A DNA stretch of 64,000 nt from Candidatus Woesearchaeota archaeon. Its GTDB lineage: Archaea; Nanobdellota; Nanobdellia; Pacearchaeales; GW2011-AR1. The notes under the pieces are model-generated. The model was not told where the DNA came from and made no database searches. It was given only the letters and a program-made list of their open reading frames with translations. Position numbers and translations under genes: made by a program. Shown here piece by piece: positions 28,479 through 38,724 of the stretch (the first letter of the stretch is position 1; each line of letters begins with the position of its first letter). The stretch lies in assembly GCA_964514585.1 (NCBI GenBank), contig CAZETU010000003.1, forward strand, positions 80,813-144,812. Reading direction: 5' to 3'.

Positions 28479-28524
28479 CGAGTGAAAAAAACTATGTAGA
28501 AAAGTTTGTAGAATTTTTCACTCG
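28479..28524. repeat. Perfect 11-bp inverted repeat with a 24-nt spacer in the divergent promoter region
   Basis: CGAGTGAAAAA (28479-28489) / TTTTTCACTCG (28514-28524). Confidence 0.8.
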
Positions 28525-28557
28525 TATACCTATATAAAACATCCATCAACAGACAGC

Positions 28558-28740
28558 ATGGAAAAATGCAAGGTTTGTGGTGTGGAATCGATCCACGAGA
28601 AAGGTGTCTGCAGTTCTTGTACCGAATTTTTCAAATGGAAGTATGGGGAAACCTTTGAGGAAAACTTGAAGATTTTTCTAGAAACCCTTGAAAAACCTAA
28701 ACTAAATTTCAGGAGGAAACGATGGGAAAAAAGACACTAG
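28558..28740 (+). CDS. Small zinc-finger protein
   Basis: CKVC..CSSC; first gene of the secretion operon. Confidence 0.55.
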   Translation: MEKCKVCGVESIHEKGVCSSCTEFFKWKYGETFEENLKIFLETLEKPKLNFRRKRWEKRH

Positions 28741-29060
28741 CTATCTTTGCGATAACGCTTATTGTGTTCACTTTTTTGATTCAATTTGTTTTGGCTGTTG
28801 ATTTTGATAGTGATATATCAGATGAAGACAAAGAAGCATTTGATGAGATTCTTGAACCAGTAATGAAGATCTATAATTTTGTCAAGTATAGTGCCAGCGT
28901 AATTGCTGTTATGGTTTTGTTGTTTGCAGGTATAACGTATATTACTGCAGGAGCAGATCCTGGGAAGCGAGAAAAGGCAAAGAACATGGCAACATATGTT
29001 ATTGTAGGGCTCGTTGTTATTTGGGCAGCACCTTTGATAGTAAACTTTGTCGTTGGATAG
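28722..29060 (+). CDS. TrbC/VirB2-like pilin
   Basis: 112 aa; signal sequence plus two hydrophobic helices separated by ADPGKREKAK. Confidence 0.7.
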   Translation: MGKKTLAIFAITLIVFTFLIQFVLAVDFDSDISDEDKEAFDEILEPVMKIYNFVKYSASVIAVMVLLFAGITYITAGADPGKREKAKNMATYVIVGLVVIWAAPLIVNFVVG

Positions 29061-29061
29061 C

Positions 29062-30450
29062 ATGGAAAGATTTTCTTTTTTTGGAGCTCTTGTACTATTA
29101 ATTATAGTGCAATCTCCCTTTATTTTTTCTTATTCCTGCGACGATATGTCTGGAGAAATTAAGGACGCCTGTTTAGATATTTCTGGGAGTGACTTAAGTG
29201 ATTCTGAGAAAGAGTTATTAATTTCAAATTTAGAATATGAGAATAATCTTGAGCCAAATCACTTTCTTATTTATGGTAAAAATACTGGTTTACAAATTGA
29301 AAATGTTCCCTATGGAATTCAAACTTTCAACGATAAATATATAGAAAATGCATGGATGAAAATTTTCACTGCAATGCCTTTGGTAGTTTATCAGGATTTT
29401 CTTTATGTTCCAAGAAATACAAAAGTGTTAACTGGTTTTCATTATGAATTTAATGAGCCCGAAGATTATCGAAGTTCGGGATATCCAAGGACTTCTAATG
29501 GAGATTGCAGAACTTGGTATCGACTTCTTGAAAAAACAGAAGAAAATAAAATTTATGTAAATGGGGCTTATCAGGGGCAAGGGCGATTGGTTCCAATTAC
29601 AATAAATCAAGATTCTAAGATTGAGTCAGTTTATGCGGTTAAGATAAAATATGATGTTGATTATTATGAATGGGATAGATATTGTTGCAAGAGAAGTGAT
29701 GGGCGATGCGTAAAGTATTGTTATGATTGCGATTATGATCATAATGAAACAAAAGCAGGACAAATAGAAATTAGAGATTCTATTGATGTTAAAATTTATG
29801 AGAATAATCTAGTGGCAGATATTTTGGAGATAACTAATGATGGATATTCCTCGAGGGTAAAACTAGATTATTCTGATTCCACCGAGGTTTCTTTTGTTAA
29901 TTCTGAATATAATTATCATAAATATTTATTTGAATTTACTAATTCATTTCCGCCCTACAATATTTTGACCTTAAAGGCAACGAATTATGGCGGAGAAACA
30001 TTAACTAATCTTTTTAGGGAAGATGATTCGCTGATAGTTAATAATATTGAAGAATGTGCTATAAGAGGTTTTGATTTCTTTAATGAAGTAGAAAGTGAAT
30101 GTTCTTTAGAAAATAGTTTTATTGGTTTGAAAATAAAAACCGATAAGTTAAGGTATAACAACGGGGAAGAAATTGAGATTGAAATCTTTCCAGAAGATGT
30201 TCTTGTAAATTTAACTTATGCAGGAGAATCTTATCTAGTGAAAGACCGAGTAACCCTAAATGCCATCGAGCCTTATAATAAAATAACTACGGTATACCAT
30301 GGGGAACTTTCAGAAAAAATAATTTATATTAAGAATAAATCTAGATTAACTTTGCTTTATAATTTATTTATAATCATTCTAGTTTTTGTTATTTTATATG
30401 TTATAATTAAAAAACACTGGAGGCAAATATGGGAGAATGTGGCTTATTAA
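29062..30450 (+). CDS. Exported membrane-anchored protein of the secretion module
   Basis: N-terminal signal, Cys cluster and C-terminal TM; ATG 29062 follows the pilin stop. Confidence 0.65.
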   Translation: MERFSFFGALVLLIIVQSPFIFSYSCDDMSGEIKDACLDISGSDLSDSEKELLISNLEYENNLEPNHFLIYGKNTGLQIENVPYGIQTFNDKYIENAWMKIFTAMPLVVYQDFLYVPRNTKVLTGFHYEFNEPEDYRSSGYPRTSNGDCRTWYRLLEKTEENKIYVNGAYQGQGRLVPITINQDSKIESVYAVKIKYDVDYYEWDRYCCKRSDGRCVKYCYDCDYDHNETKAGQIEIRDSIDVKIYENNLVADILEITNDGYSSRVKLDYSDSTEVSFVNSEYNYHKYLFEFTNSFPPYNILTLKATNYGGETLTNLFREDDSLIVNNIEECAIRGFDFFNEVESECSLENSFIGLKIKTDKLRYNNGEEIEIEIFPEDVLVNLTYAGESYLVKDRVTLNAIEPYNKITTVYHGELSEKIIYIKNKSRLTLLYNLFIIILVFVILYVIIKKHWRQIWENVAY

Positions 30451-31259
30451 ATTTAGCAAGTTGTATTCCTGAAAAACTTTATGGGTTTTTTATTTCTGTT
30501 TTAAATGCTCCATTAAAACCGCTATTGGGTTTTATCAAGAGTTTGTTGACCGAGCCAGTTAACATAAAAGTTTTAGCACCTATTTGGGCAATTATCCTCT
30601 ATGTTTTGTCTATATTTTATGGATTACTATTACTTTATGCTGGGATGAATTTTATGTTTTCAGGGCATAACGAGGTTAAAAGAGCAAAATCAAAAGAATG
30701 GTTTCAAAATGTTTTCCTAATGATTTTATTTACCCAAATGTCTTTCTTTTTATATGCGATGATTTTAGATGTCTCTAGCTTATTAACTGCAGGGATGATG
30801 AATCTTGTTAATGAAGAGTTCTTCCTCTTGACCGCAGATAATATAATTAACATAGGATTGCAGTTTTTCTTTGCACTATTTTACGTTTTAACATTACTCC
30901 TCACGATGTTAATTCTTATGATAAGATATTTGACAGTTGCGATAGGTGTTGTTTTGTTCCCAATTGGAATCTTTCTATATTTTATTCCTCCAGTTCAGGA
31001 TTATGGAAAATTAATATTAAATTATCTTGGCATTTGTATCTTCATTGGGTTTTTTGATTCAGTAATTTTTCTAGTAGCTTCTCAGTTGATCCAAATTCAA
31101 ATTTTTGAGAATATGAAAATTATGGTTATGATAGGAACTTTTTCTATGGCTAATTTGTTGATGCTCTATCTTCTATTTTTCTCGATTATTAAATCTGCAT
31201 TAAAAACTACTGCCTCGGTTGCAAGACCAATAGTTTCAGTTGCAAAATATTTCGCATGA
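30429..31259 (+). CDS. TrbL/VirB6-like polytopic membrane protein
   Basis: About 6 TM segments; LLIR..VAIGVVLFPI pattern; sits between pilin and VirB4. Confidence 0.6.
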   Translation: MGECGLLNLASCIPEKLYGFFISVLNAPLKPLLGFIKSLLTEPVNIKVLAPIWAIILYVLSIFYGLLLLYAGMNFMFSGHNEVKRAKSKEWFQNVFLMILFTQMSFFLYAMILDVSSLLTAGMMNLVNEEFFLLTADNIINIGLQFFFALFYVLTLLLTMLILMIRYLTVAIGVVLFPIGIFLYFIPPVQDYGKLILNYLGICIFIGFFDSVIFLVASQLIQIQIFENMKIMVMIGTFSMANLLMLYLLFFSIIKSALKTTASVARPIVSVAKYFA

Positions 31260-34180
31260 GCTATCAAATCCCTCAACAATTACAATACCAAGAAAAAATT
31301 ATGTTTGGCTTAACCTTCAAACAGTTAGCTTATGCCTTTTTATTTGGACTCTTGAATGTTCTTGTATTTAAGAGAAGTCCGAGTATTTACTTTGCGATTC
31401 CTTTCATATTTTTCTTTTCATTTCTAGCTGTATTGTTTATGTTTTTTAATTTGGATCAATTAATTAAAAATTATAAGAATTTTTTGTGGAATCGGGAGAT
31501 TATTGAAGATACTAAAAAGATGTCAGAATTTTTTGAATTTGAAAAGATTAAAGAGGATACTATTTTGACTAAAGACCAAAAGAAGGTTGCTGTTTTGAAA
31601 GTTTCGCCTATAAATTTTGGAATTAAACCTGATGAAGAAAAAGAATCAATAATTTATGCATTTCAAAAGTTTCTAAATTCTCTAGACTTCCCGATTCAAA
31701 TTTTAATGAACACCGAGAGTATAAACATAGATTCTTATGTGAAATCAATTGAAAAAACAAATAACAATGAGGGGTTTAAAGAATTGTTTGAAAAATATAA
31801 AAGTCATCTGAGAAAAACAATCGTTTCAGATAAATTATTGAATAGAGTATTTTATGTGATAATTCCTGAGAAAACAGATATTAAAATTCAAGTAGATATT
31901 TGCATGGATCGACTGAGGACGATGAATATGAAAGTCTATCCTCTTGGGAAAAGGGGTTTGACAAAATTTGTTAATTCAATGCAATTTAAGTTTATAAAAA
32001 ATAATCAGGATCATATAGAAACTGATAAGGGGTTTAGTAGAATCATTTATGCTTCAGGCTATCCTCGAAATGTTGAGCTTGGTTTTCTGGATAAAATTGT
32101 TAGTTCTCTTTCGGATTTTAATTTAAGTATACACATTAATCCAAAGCCAATTGATGAAACTATGATTGGATTGAATAAGGAGTTGCAGAAACAAAAAGCA
32201 GATTTGTATGCTATGCAATCTAAAGGAATTTCTAACCCATCACTGGAAATTCAAAACAGGGATACTAGGAATACATTAGAAGAATTACAAAAGGGGAAAG
32301 AAAAGTTGTTTAACATTAGTCTTTATGTTGTTTGTAAAGCAAACTCTAAGGAGGAGTTAGATTTTTTGACGAAAAAGGTAGAATCTGAATTAAATAGTAT
32401 CATGATTATTCCGCAAACTCCGAATTTTAGAATGTTGTTGGGTTTGAAATCCTGTATGCCTTTTGGAATTGACGAGTTGAAAGAAACAAGGAATATAACC
32501 ACAGAGGCTTTGTCTGCTTTCTTCCCCTTTACTTCTCAATTCTTAGATGTTGATGATAATGGTGTTTGGATTGGAAATAACAATAATGGAATTCCTATAA
32601 TTAAAGATATTTTCAAGTTGCCTAATCCGAATGGGTTAGTGTTGGCTCAGTCTGGCGGGGGAAAATCTTATTTTTGTAAATTATTGATAACGAGGTATTT
32701 ACTTAATGGGACAAGGGTTATGATTATAGATCCTCAAGGTGAGTACAAAGCCCTCGTGTCGCATTTTAAGGGGCAACGTGTGGAGATTTCTAAGGATTCC
32801 GATACAATCATCAACCCTCTAGATTTAATGGGACACGACTACATAGAGAAACGACTTAGTTTGATTGATTTAATGGGAGTTATGCTTGGAAAATTGACCG
32901 AATCTCAGCGATCATTTATTGATAAAGCGATTTCTGAGTCATATGAAAGATGCGGAATAAATGAAGATTCTAGGACTTGGAAAAACAAACCTCCAATTTT
33001 GGGTGATGTTTTAGATAATTTGAAGAGATATATGAAAAGTTCTAATCAAATGGATAGCAGTATTTTGGGGAGCTTGATTAATCGGCTTGAAATGTATGTT
33101 TCTGGGGTTTTTAGTTTTATGAATCGGCAAACAAACATTGATTTTGAAGAGGGGCTTGTTTGTTTTGATATTGGAAATATGCCAAGGCAAGTTAAGCCGA
33201 CAATTATGTTTTTAGTTTTAGATTATGTTTATATGAAGATGAAGGCAGATCTGTCTAAGAAAATATTATTGATTGATGAAGCGTGGTCTCTTCTTGGGAG
33301 GACTGAGGATGCAAGTTATGTTTTTGAAATTGTTAAGACTTGTAGGAAATTTAATTTAGGCTTGCTTTTGATTAATCAAGAAGTTGAGGGGTTATTTAAT
33401 TCTCAGGCAGGAAAATCAGTACTTGCAAATTCTGCGTATACCTTATTAATGAGACAAAAGCCTGCAGTCATTAGAGATATTTGTCACACTTTCCATTTGA
33501 GTCAAGCAGAAAAACAACATCTTCTAACTTGTGGCATTGGAGAAGGGCTTTTGATTATGGAAGATGACCATACAAAGATTAAAGTCAAGGCTTCTCCTGA
33601 AGAACATAAATTAATTACAACTAATCCCGATGAGGTTACTGAAAGGGAGAGGGCTGAGGAAGAGTCTAAGAGGCTTGAACAAAAACCAACTAAAGAAATA
33701 AAGATTGATCTCAATGATTGTTTTGGTTGCTTTAGGTTTGACAAACTTACAAAAGAGGAAGTCAAATTTCTTTTGAATAAAAAGTATAAAGTTTCAATGC
33801 AAAAACCTTTTGGAAATTCTAAGAAACAGAAGTTTTTAATTAGACCTAGAAAAAACGAAAGTGATAAACATTTTTTCACAATACATATTATCAAGGAATA
33901 TTTAGAGAGAAAGAAAATTAAAGTTCAAACTTTTGCTACTCGTAAACCCGATTTGGTATTTATGGTCAAGGGGAAGAAGGTTGCTATCGAAGTTGAGACT
34001 GGGAGTATGCTAACTCGAAGAAAAGTCTTTGAAGAAAAGGTTAAGGAGTTGAATAAAAACTATGATAAGTGGTTTTTTGTTGTTACAAATAGAAATAAAA
34101 TTAAAGATTATCAAAAATATGGCAAGACAATTGATTTGAGATACCTAAAAGAGAAAATAGATAGTGCCGTCGGTATATAG
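31256..34180 (+). CDS. virB4: PrgI(VirB3-like)-VirB4 ATPase with a C-terminal PD-(D/E)xK nuclease-like domain
   Basis: N-terminal YQIPQQLQYQEKIMFGLTFKQ plus TM; Walker A AQSGGGKS; IIDPQGEY; Walker B LLIDEAW; C-terminal KPDLVF...AIEVETG. Confidence 0.82.
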   Translation: MSYQIPQQLQYQEKIMFGLTFKQLAYAFLFGLLNVLVFKRSPSIYFAIPFIFFFSFLAVLFMFFNLDQLIKNYKNFLWNREIIEDTKKMSEFFEFEKIKEDTILTKDQKKVAVLKVSPINFGIKPDEEKESIIYAFQKFLNSLDFPIQILMNTESINIDSYVKSIEKTNNNEGFKELFEKYKSHLRKTIVSDKLLNRVFYVIIPEKTDIKIQVDICMDRLRTMNMKVYPLGKRGLTKFVNSMQFKFIKNNQDHIETDKGFSRIIYASGYPRNVELGFLDKIVSSLSDFNLSIHINPKPIDETMIGLNKELQKQKADLYAMQSKGISNPSLEIQNRDTRNTLEELQKGKEKLFNISLYVVCKANSKEELDFLTKKVESELNSIMIIPQTPNFRMLLGLKSCMPFGIDELKETRNITTEALSAFFPFTSQFLDVDDNGVWIGNNNNGIPIIKDIFKLPNPNGLVLAQSGGGKSYFCKLLITRYLLNGTRVMIIDPQGEYKALVSHFKGQRVEISKDSDTIINPLDLMGHDYIEKRLSLIDLMGVMLGKLTESQRSFIDKAISESYERCGINEDSRTWKNKPPILGDVLDNLKRYMKSSNQMDSSILGSLINRLEMYVSGVFSFMNRQTNIDFEEGLVCFDIGNMPRQVKPTIMFLVLDYVYMKMKADLSKKILLIDEAWSLLGRTEDASYVFEIVKTCRKFNLGLLLINQEVEGLFNSQAGKSVLANSAYTLLMRQKPAVIRDICHTFHLSQAEKQHLLTCGIGEGLLIMEDDHTKIKVKASPEEHKLITTNPDEVTERERAEEESKRLEQKPTKEIKIDLNDCFGCFRFDKLTKEEVKFLLNKKYKVSMQKPFGNSKKQKFLIRPRKNESDKHFFTIHIIKEYLERKKIKVQTFATRKPDLVFMVKGKKVAIEVETGSMLTRRKVFEEKVKELNKNYDKWFFVVTNRNKIKDYQKYGKTIDLRYLKEKIDSAVGI

Positions 34181-34182
34181 CT

Positions 34183-34225
34183 ACAGTCACTTCCGCCCCC
34201 TGCCCCTAATATGTCGAGTGACTGT
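34183..34225. repeat. 9-bp inverted repeat with a 25-nt spacer (possible terminator or recognition site)
   Basis: ACAGTCACT (34183-34191) / AGTGACTGT (34217-34225), between convergent genes. Confidence 0.7.
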
Positions 34226-34232
34226 GGGAATT

Positions 34233-35174
34233 TTAACTAACCATCTCATCAACTTCAATTTTATGATTTTCTAAAACCGCTTTTCCAAGAGTTTGTTCAA
34301 TAGTCTCATTAATTTCTTTTAACTCTTCTCGATCTTTAACCAAAAAAGCATAATAGAAATTTACATAACCTACAGCCTTTATCATAATAATAAATCTCGG
34401 GTCTTTTTCTATCATTTTCATAAAATTCTCTAACTCTTTTGTGCAAGAAGGATCAATTCTTGAAATATAAGTATACTCTGTGTAGCCTACTTTTTTCATA
34501 TCTATAATGGGATAGAATCTTAAAATAATTTCTCTTTTCTTTAGAGAATTTATTCGTCTCATAACAGAACTTACACTAGAGTTAAGTTTTTTAGATAATT
34601 CAACAATAGATAATCTTGAGTTTTTCTTTAGAAGAGTTATTAGTTTTAATTCTTCGGGCTTTAGCTTTACGTCTTCAGGAGTTCCTTTGATATCAACCCT
34701 TGATTTCTTTTTCGGATTTAATCGTCTAGCTAAATATGTTTGAGATTTAACACTTTGGAAAGAAAGATAATTTTTTATTTTATCTTTAAACTTGATTAAG
34801 ATTTTAGTTTGTATCTCGTCATATCTTTCAATAGTCTTTGTCCAAACTGAAACATATAACTTCCACTCGCTAACATCATGTAACATATAACAACAACTAA
34901 CTTCTTCGATACTAGTAATCTCCTTTAGGTATTTGTCAACATCTTTGGCAGATACTCCATGAATATCTAAATAGATTGAATGACGACTAAATCCAAACTT
35001 TGGATAATTTACATTTAATGCATATTTTTTGATAACTCCAGATTTTTCTAATTTCTTAATTCTCTTGTCAACAGTTTGTTGAGGAAGCCTAACCGACTTA
35101 GCAATTTTAGAAACAGATTGCCTACAATCTTGTAGCAACTCAAATAAAATCAATTTATCCTTTTCGTCAACCAT
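34233..35174 (-). CDS. Lrp/AsnC-family regulator with two wHTH-RAM units
   Basis: DEKDKLILFELLQDCRQSVSKIAK..RIKKLEKSGVI, repeated at ELKLITLLKKNSRLSIVEL. Confidence 0.85.
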   Translation of the reverse strand: MVDEKDKLILFELLQDCRQSVSKIAKSVRLPQQTVDKRIKKLEKSGVIKKYALNVNYPKFGFSRHSIYLDIHGVSAKDVDKYLKEITSIEEVSCCYMLHDVSEWKLYVSVWTKTIERYDEIQTKILIKFKDKIKNYLSFQSVKSQTYLARRLNPKKKSRVDIKGTPEDVKLKPEELKLITLLKKNSRLSIVELSKKLNSSVSSVMRRINSLKKREIILRFYPIIDMKKVGYTEYTYISRIDPSCTKELENFMKMIEKDPRFIIMIKAVGYVNFYYAFLVKDREELKEINETIEQTLGKAVLENHKIEVDEMVS

Positions 35175-35295
35175 CTTATGATTAAGAGTAATCTTTGCAC
35201 TTATTAAATGTTTTTGATAGTTATTACTCCATTTTTTCTAAAAGGGTTTTAATAAAGAAATTCTTTAGTATATCTAGAAGGTGATAGGAAAACAA

Positions 35296-35574
35296 ATGAC
35301 CCTATCAAAAGAAAATCAAAAAATCCTCAAGCCAACAGAAGATCCGATGGAAATGGAAGGCAAGATGTCTTATACAGAAAGTCAGCGAGCTTGGGGGACT
35401 CTTCGTTTGAAGAGTGAAATTTTTAATGAGTTTAAGCAATTAAAAAGGCGACAGGATAAATTTGGATATAAGTTAATGTTTTGTAGGGGATTTGATCAGT
35501 TAGAAAAAGAGATTAAGAGAATTAAGAAAGATATTGGGGTTCCTCCGTTGTTGGTTTGGTTTGTTAAGGAATAG
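35296..35574 (+). CDS. Hypothetical protein
   Basis: Open frame with ATG 35296, divergent from Lrp; no motif recognised. Confidence 0.45.
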   Translation: MTLSKENQKILKPTEDPMEMEGKMSYTESQRAWGTLRLKSEIFNEFKQLKRRQDKFGYKLMFCRGFDQLEKEIKRIKKDIGVPPLLVWFVKE

Positions 35575-35654
35575 TGATTAGGCAAGTTTTATAAAATAAT
35601 AGAATTACAAATCAAAGTCTAAATGTTTTTAAGTTAGGAATTCTTACTCATTCC

Positions 35655-38213
35655 ATGAAACTAGATAGCTTTCTAAGTAAGTATGGAAAAAAGATGGGCT
35701 ATTTAGAAATGGCGTTCTTTAAAAATATATATTATGAGGACTTGGGAGATGCTGGCCTGGAATTTATTACACCTGAAGTTGATATTGATAGGAATGACGG
35801 AACTGGTAGGAAGTGGAGAATAGACTTTGTTATTAAAACAAAGTTTGCCAAATACGCCATTGAATGTGATGGATTTAACTATCATGCCTCGGGAATGGTT
35901 TCTAAAGACAGAGATAATGATTTACACAATAAAAGGAATGAAACTATTAGGCAGGGATATATCTACACAGAGATTACAAGAGACCAGATTGTCCAAAATC
36001 CTTCAGATGCAATTTATCAGCTTAGAAGACTTTTTATTGCAGATGAAGAGCTATTCTCAATATTTCTTAATAGGAATAAAGGGCTAGTGTCGCCACATGA
36101 GGTTCAAGAAATTGCTTTGAATAAATTAAATGAAACTCGTTCGGCAGGAAAAAAGAAGGGTTTAGTTGTTTTGGCTACAGGTTTGGGTAAGACCTACCTT
36201 GGAGTATTTGATACTCGACAACTTAAATCAAAAAAAATACTTTTTATTGTTCATGTTGGGGAGGTTTTAAAGGATGCAAGAAATTCGTTTGAAGAGGTAA
36301 TGCCAGAAAGATCAAAGGAAATGGGATTTTTTACAGGCAAAGAAAAAGAATCTGGGAAAAATATAATCTTTGCCACGATTCAGACACTTAATCGAGAAAA
36401 AAATTTAAATCAATTTGACTCGGAGCAGTTTGACTATATTATTTTAGATGAAACTCACCATGGTGCAGCCCCTTCTTACAAACCTGTTTTCGAATATTTT
36501 AATCCTAAGTTCTTTTTGGGATTAACTGCGACTCCGGACAGAATGGATAATAAAGAAATTTTACCTTTTTACAATAATAATCTTGTATTCAAGATGGATC
36601 AGGATGAGGCAATTAAAAAAGGTTATTTAACTGGATTGAAATATCTTGGATTCAAAGACAATGTGGATTATTCTCAGATTTATTTTAATGGATTTAAATA
36701 TGATATTTCAGATTTAAACAAAGCTTTAATGATTGAAAAAAGAGATAGGGCCATAATAGAAAAATTCAAAGAGATGGGTGCTAATAAAAAAACAATAGGT
36801 TTCTGTGTTTCAATTGAGCATGCCGATTGGTGTGCAAAGAAATTTAGAGAGGTAGGTATTAATGCAATCTCGATACATTCTAAGCTTGACAGAAGTGAGC
36901 AGCCTATAGAAATGAGAGATCGTGATAAACTCATAAAAGGATTTAAAGAAGGGAAATATCAAGTTGCCTTTGTCGTAGATATGTTTAATGAAGGAGTAAA
37001 TTTCCCTGACGTAGAATGTGTTTTACTGCTTAGACCTACAGAATCTGCGACAATTTTAACACAACAGATTGGGAGAGGATTAAGAATTTCTCCGGGCAAG
37101 AAGGAAGTTTTAATATTAGATTTTATAGGAAATTATAAAACAGCTCATAATATCTTGCCCGCATTGGGCATTGGAGGGACGGGGGAATTAACCAAGGATA
37201 ATGAAAGAGATATATATTACTATGATAACAATGGGAGGAGGGTAGAATTTGAAAATGAAGTAGTAGAAATTTTCAAAATGATGCTAAGCAAATCGACTAA
37301 AAAAGTTAGATCTGAGGTATTAAGTAAAGAGTGGATGGAGTATGCAGATTACTTGGAAAAGTGGACGAAGGATAATCTTTACTGGAAAACAACTCAGCAA
37401 AATAGACATTTCCCAGTTCAGCTAGAGGGGCTCAATATTATCAAAAACAACCCTAGTATTTCTGAAGAGGATTTTAAAAACGAAGTTGGGAAAATCGTTG
37501 AAAAAAATTATCCCAACAAAACAATGACTGCAGGTTTTAGAGCATTAATGCTAAGCAAAATATCTGGGTTAGTTAGCTTGCGATCTCCTTTAAAGGTAAC
37601 CCCCGCCTTCCTTAAAATAAAAAAGATATGTAAGGGGAATTTTTCAAACATTGAAGAATATCAAGAAATTTTAACAAGTCAAATTGAGAAAATATTTTAT
37701 TGGAATATTATTTATGGTACCTTCAGTAAATATGTTCCTTCCGATGAAAGAGTATCGTACAAAGACTTTCATCTTTATCCCTTCTTTTTTCTCTATGAGG
37801 TATTGCTAAAGCTTATTGATGACTATGGGTACAAAGATGGAGAGTTAAGTAAATTGGAATTTAATTCCTTCTTGGCAATATCCAAGAATCAGGAAGAAGT
37901 AAATGAAACTTTAGAAAAAATCATCAATTTTAGAAATTATGAAGAGAAATACGAACTTGAAAAACTTTTAAATAAAAAAAATAACATTGATCCAAGATTT
38001 TTCAATATCCTCGCCTATAATAAGTATCTGATCATGACAAGGGATGGAGTAAAGTTAAACCAAAAACATATTCCTGAATTGAGAAAAAGAGTTTCAAAAT
38101 TTCTTTCTCTTATGAATTCAAAAAAATTAATTATGTTTAATGAGGAGTTACCCGAAAAATATTTGAAAATGTTATATTCTGAAAAGGACATCCTTTCTTA
38201 TCATGGAAATTAA
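35655..38213 (+). CDS. Nuclease (DUF559/Vsr-like)-SF2 helicase (ResIII-like)-putative DNA-recognition domain fusion
   Basis: RIDFVI..AIECDGFNYH; LATGLGKT, ILDETHH, GLTATP, FNEGVN, QQIGRGLR. The C-terminal YPFFFLYEVLLKL..LSKLEF resembles AlwI-type domains. Confidence 0.8.
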   Translation: MKLDSFLSKYGKKMGYLEMAFFKNIYYEDLGDAGLEFITPEVDIDRNDGTGRKWRIDFVIKTKFAKYAIECDGFNYHASGMVSKDRDNDLHNKRNETIRQGYIYTEITRDQIVQNPSDAIYQLRRLFIADEELFSIFLNRNKGLVSPHEVQEIALNKLNETRSAGKKKGLVVLATGLGKTYLGVFDTRQLKSKKILFIVHVGEVLKDARNSFEEVMPERSKEMGFFTGKEKESGKNIIFATIQTLNREKNLNQFDSEQFDYIILDETHHGAAPSYKPVFEYFNPKFFLGLTATPDRMDNKEILPFYNNNLVFKMDQDEAIKKGYLTGLKYLGFKDNVDYSQIYFNGFKYDISDLNKALMIEKRDRAIIEKFKEMGANKKTIGFCVSIEHADWCAKKFREVGINAISIHSKLDRSEQPIEMRDRDKLIKGFKEGKYQVAFVVDMFNEGVNFPDVECVLLLRPTESATILTQQIGRGLRISPGKKEVLILDFIGNYKTAHNILPALGIGGTGELTKDNERDIYYYDNNGRRVEFENEVVEIFKMMLSKSTKKVRSEVLSKEWMEYADYLEKWTKDNLYWKTTQQNRHFPVQLEGLNIIKNNPSISEEDFKNEVGKIVEKNYPNKTMTAGFRALMLSKISGLVSLRSPLKVTPAFLKIKKICKGNFSNIEEYQEILTSQIEKIFYWNIIYGTFSKYVPSDERVSYKDFHLYPFFFLYEVLLKLIDDYGYKDGELSKLEFNSFLAISKNQEEVNETLEKIINFRNYEEKYELEKLLNKKNNIDPRFFNILAYNKYLIMTRDGVKLNQKHIPELRKRVSKFLSLMNSKKLIMFNEELPEKYLKMLYSEKDILSYHGN

Positions 38214-38724
38214 AATAAAACTAGAAGATTCAGAAATTAAAAAATGTAGGGAGTTTGCAGAAAAAGTATTAGACGAAACATATAACCGATTTAATAAATC
38301 TGACAAGGAAAGAGTAGACAGAATTTTTTACGGGAAGGTTGGAGAGGTTGTATTTTTAAAGTTTCTAAATTCCAATAATATCTTTCCAGATGTTTCAGAT
38401 ATGTTTCAAATATTCGAAGGAGAAACAAATGTTGATAAATTTGACTTCAAAACTAAAGGGGATAAAACAATTGACATTAAAACTGCATATAAGCCCTATC
38501 ATAAAAGAATTCTTGTTCCTGAAGATCAATTTGAGGGGAATAAAAACAAGGATTATTATATTGGGATTATGATTGATGATTCATTAAAATATGGAGAAAT
38601 TCTAGGATTTTGCACTTGTGAAGATTTGAAAAAGAATGGCAAAATTAATTTTGGAGAGGGATTTGCATATTGGAAGTATTTATCTGATTTAGAACCTATA
38701 GAAAATTTATTAAAATTATTCTAG
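38203..38724 (+). CDS. Putative PD-(D/E)xK nuclease
   Basis: GKVGEVVF..DKFDFK..TIDIKT; translationally coupled to the helicase. Confidence 0.5.
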   Translation: MEIKIKLEDSEIKKCREFAEKVLDETYNRFNKSDKERVDRIFYGKVGEVVFLKFLNSNNIFPDVSDMFQIFEGETNVDKFDFKTKGDKTIDIKTAYKPYHKRILVPEDQFEGNKNKDYYIGIMIDDSLKYGEILGFCTCEDLKKNGKINFGEGFAYWKYLSDLEPIENLLKLF

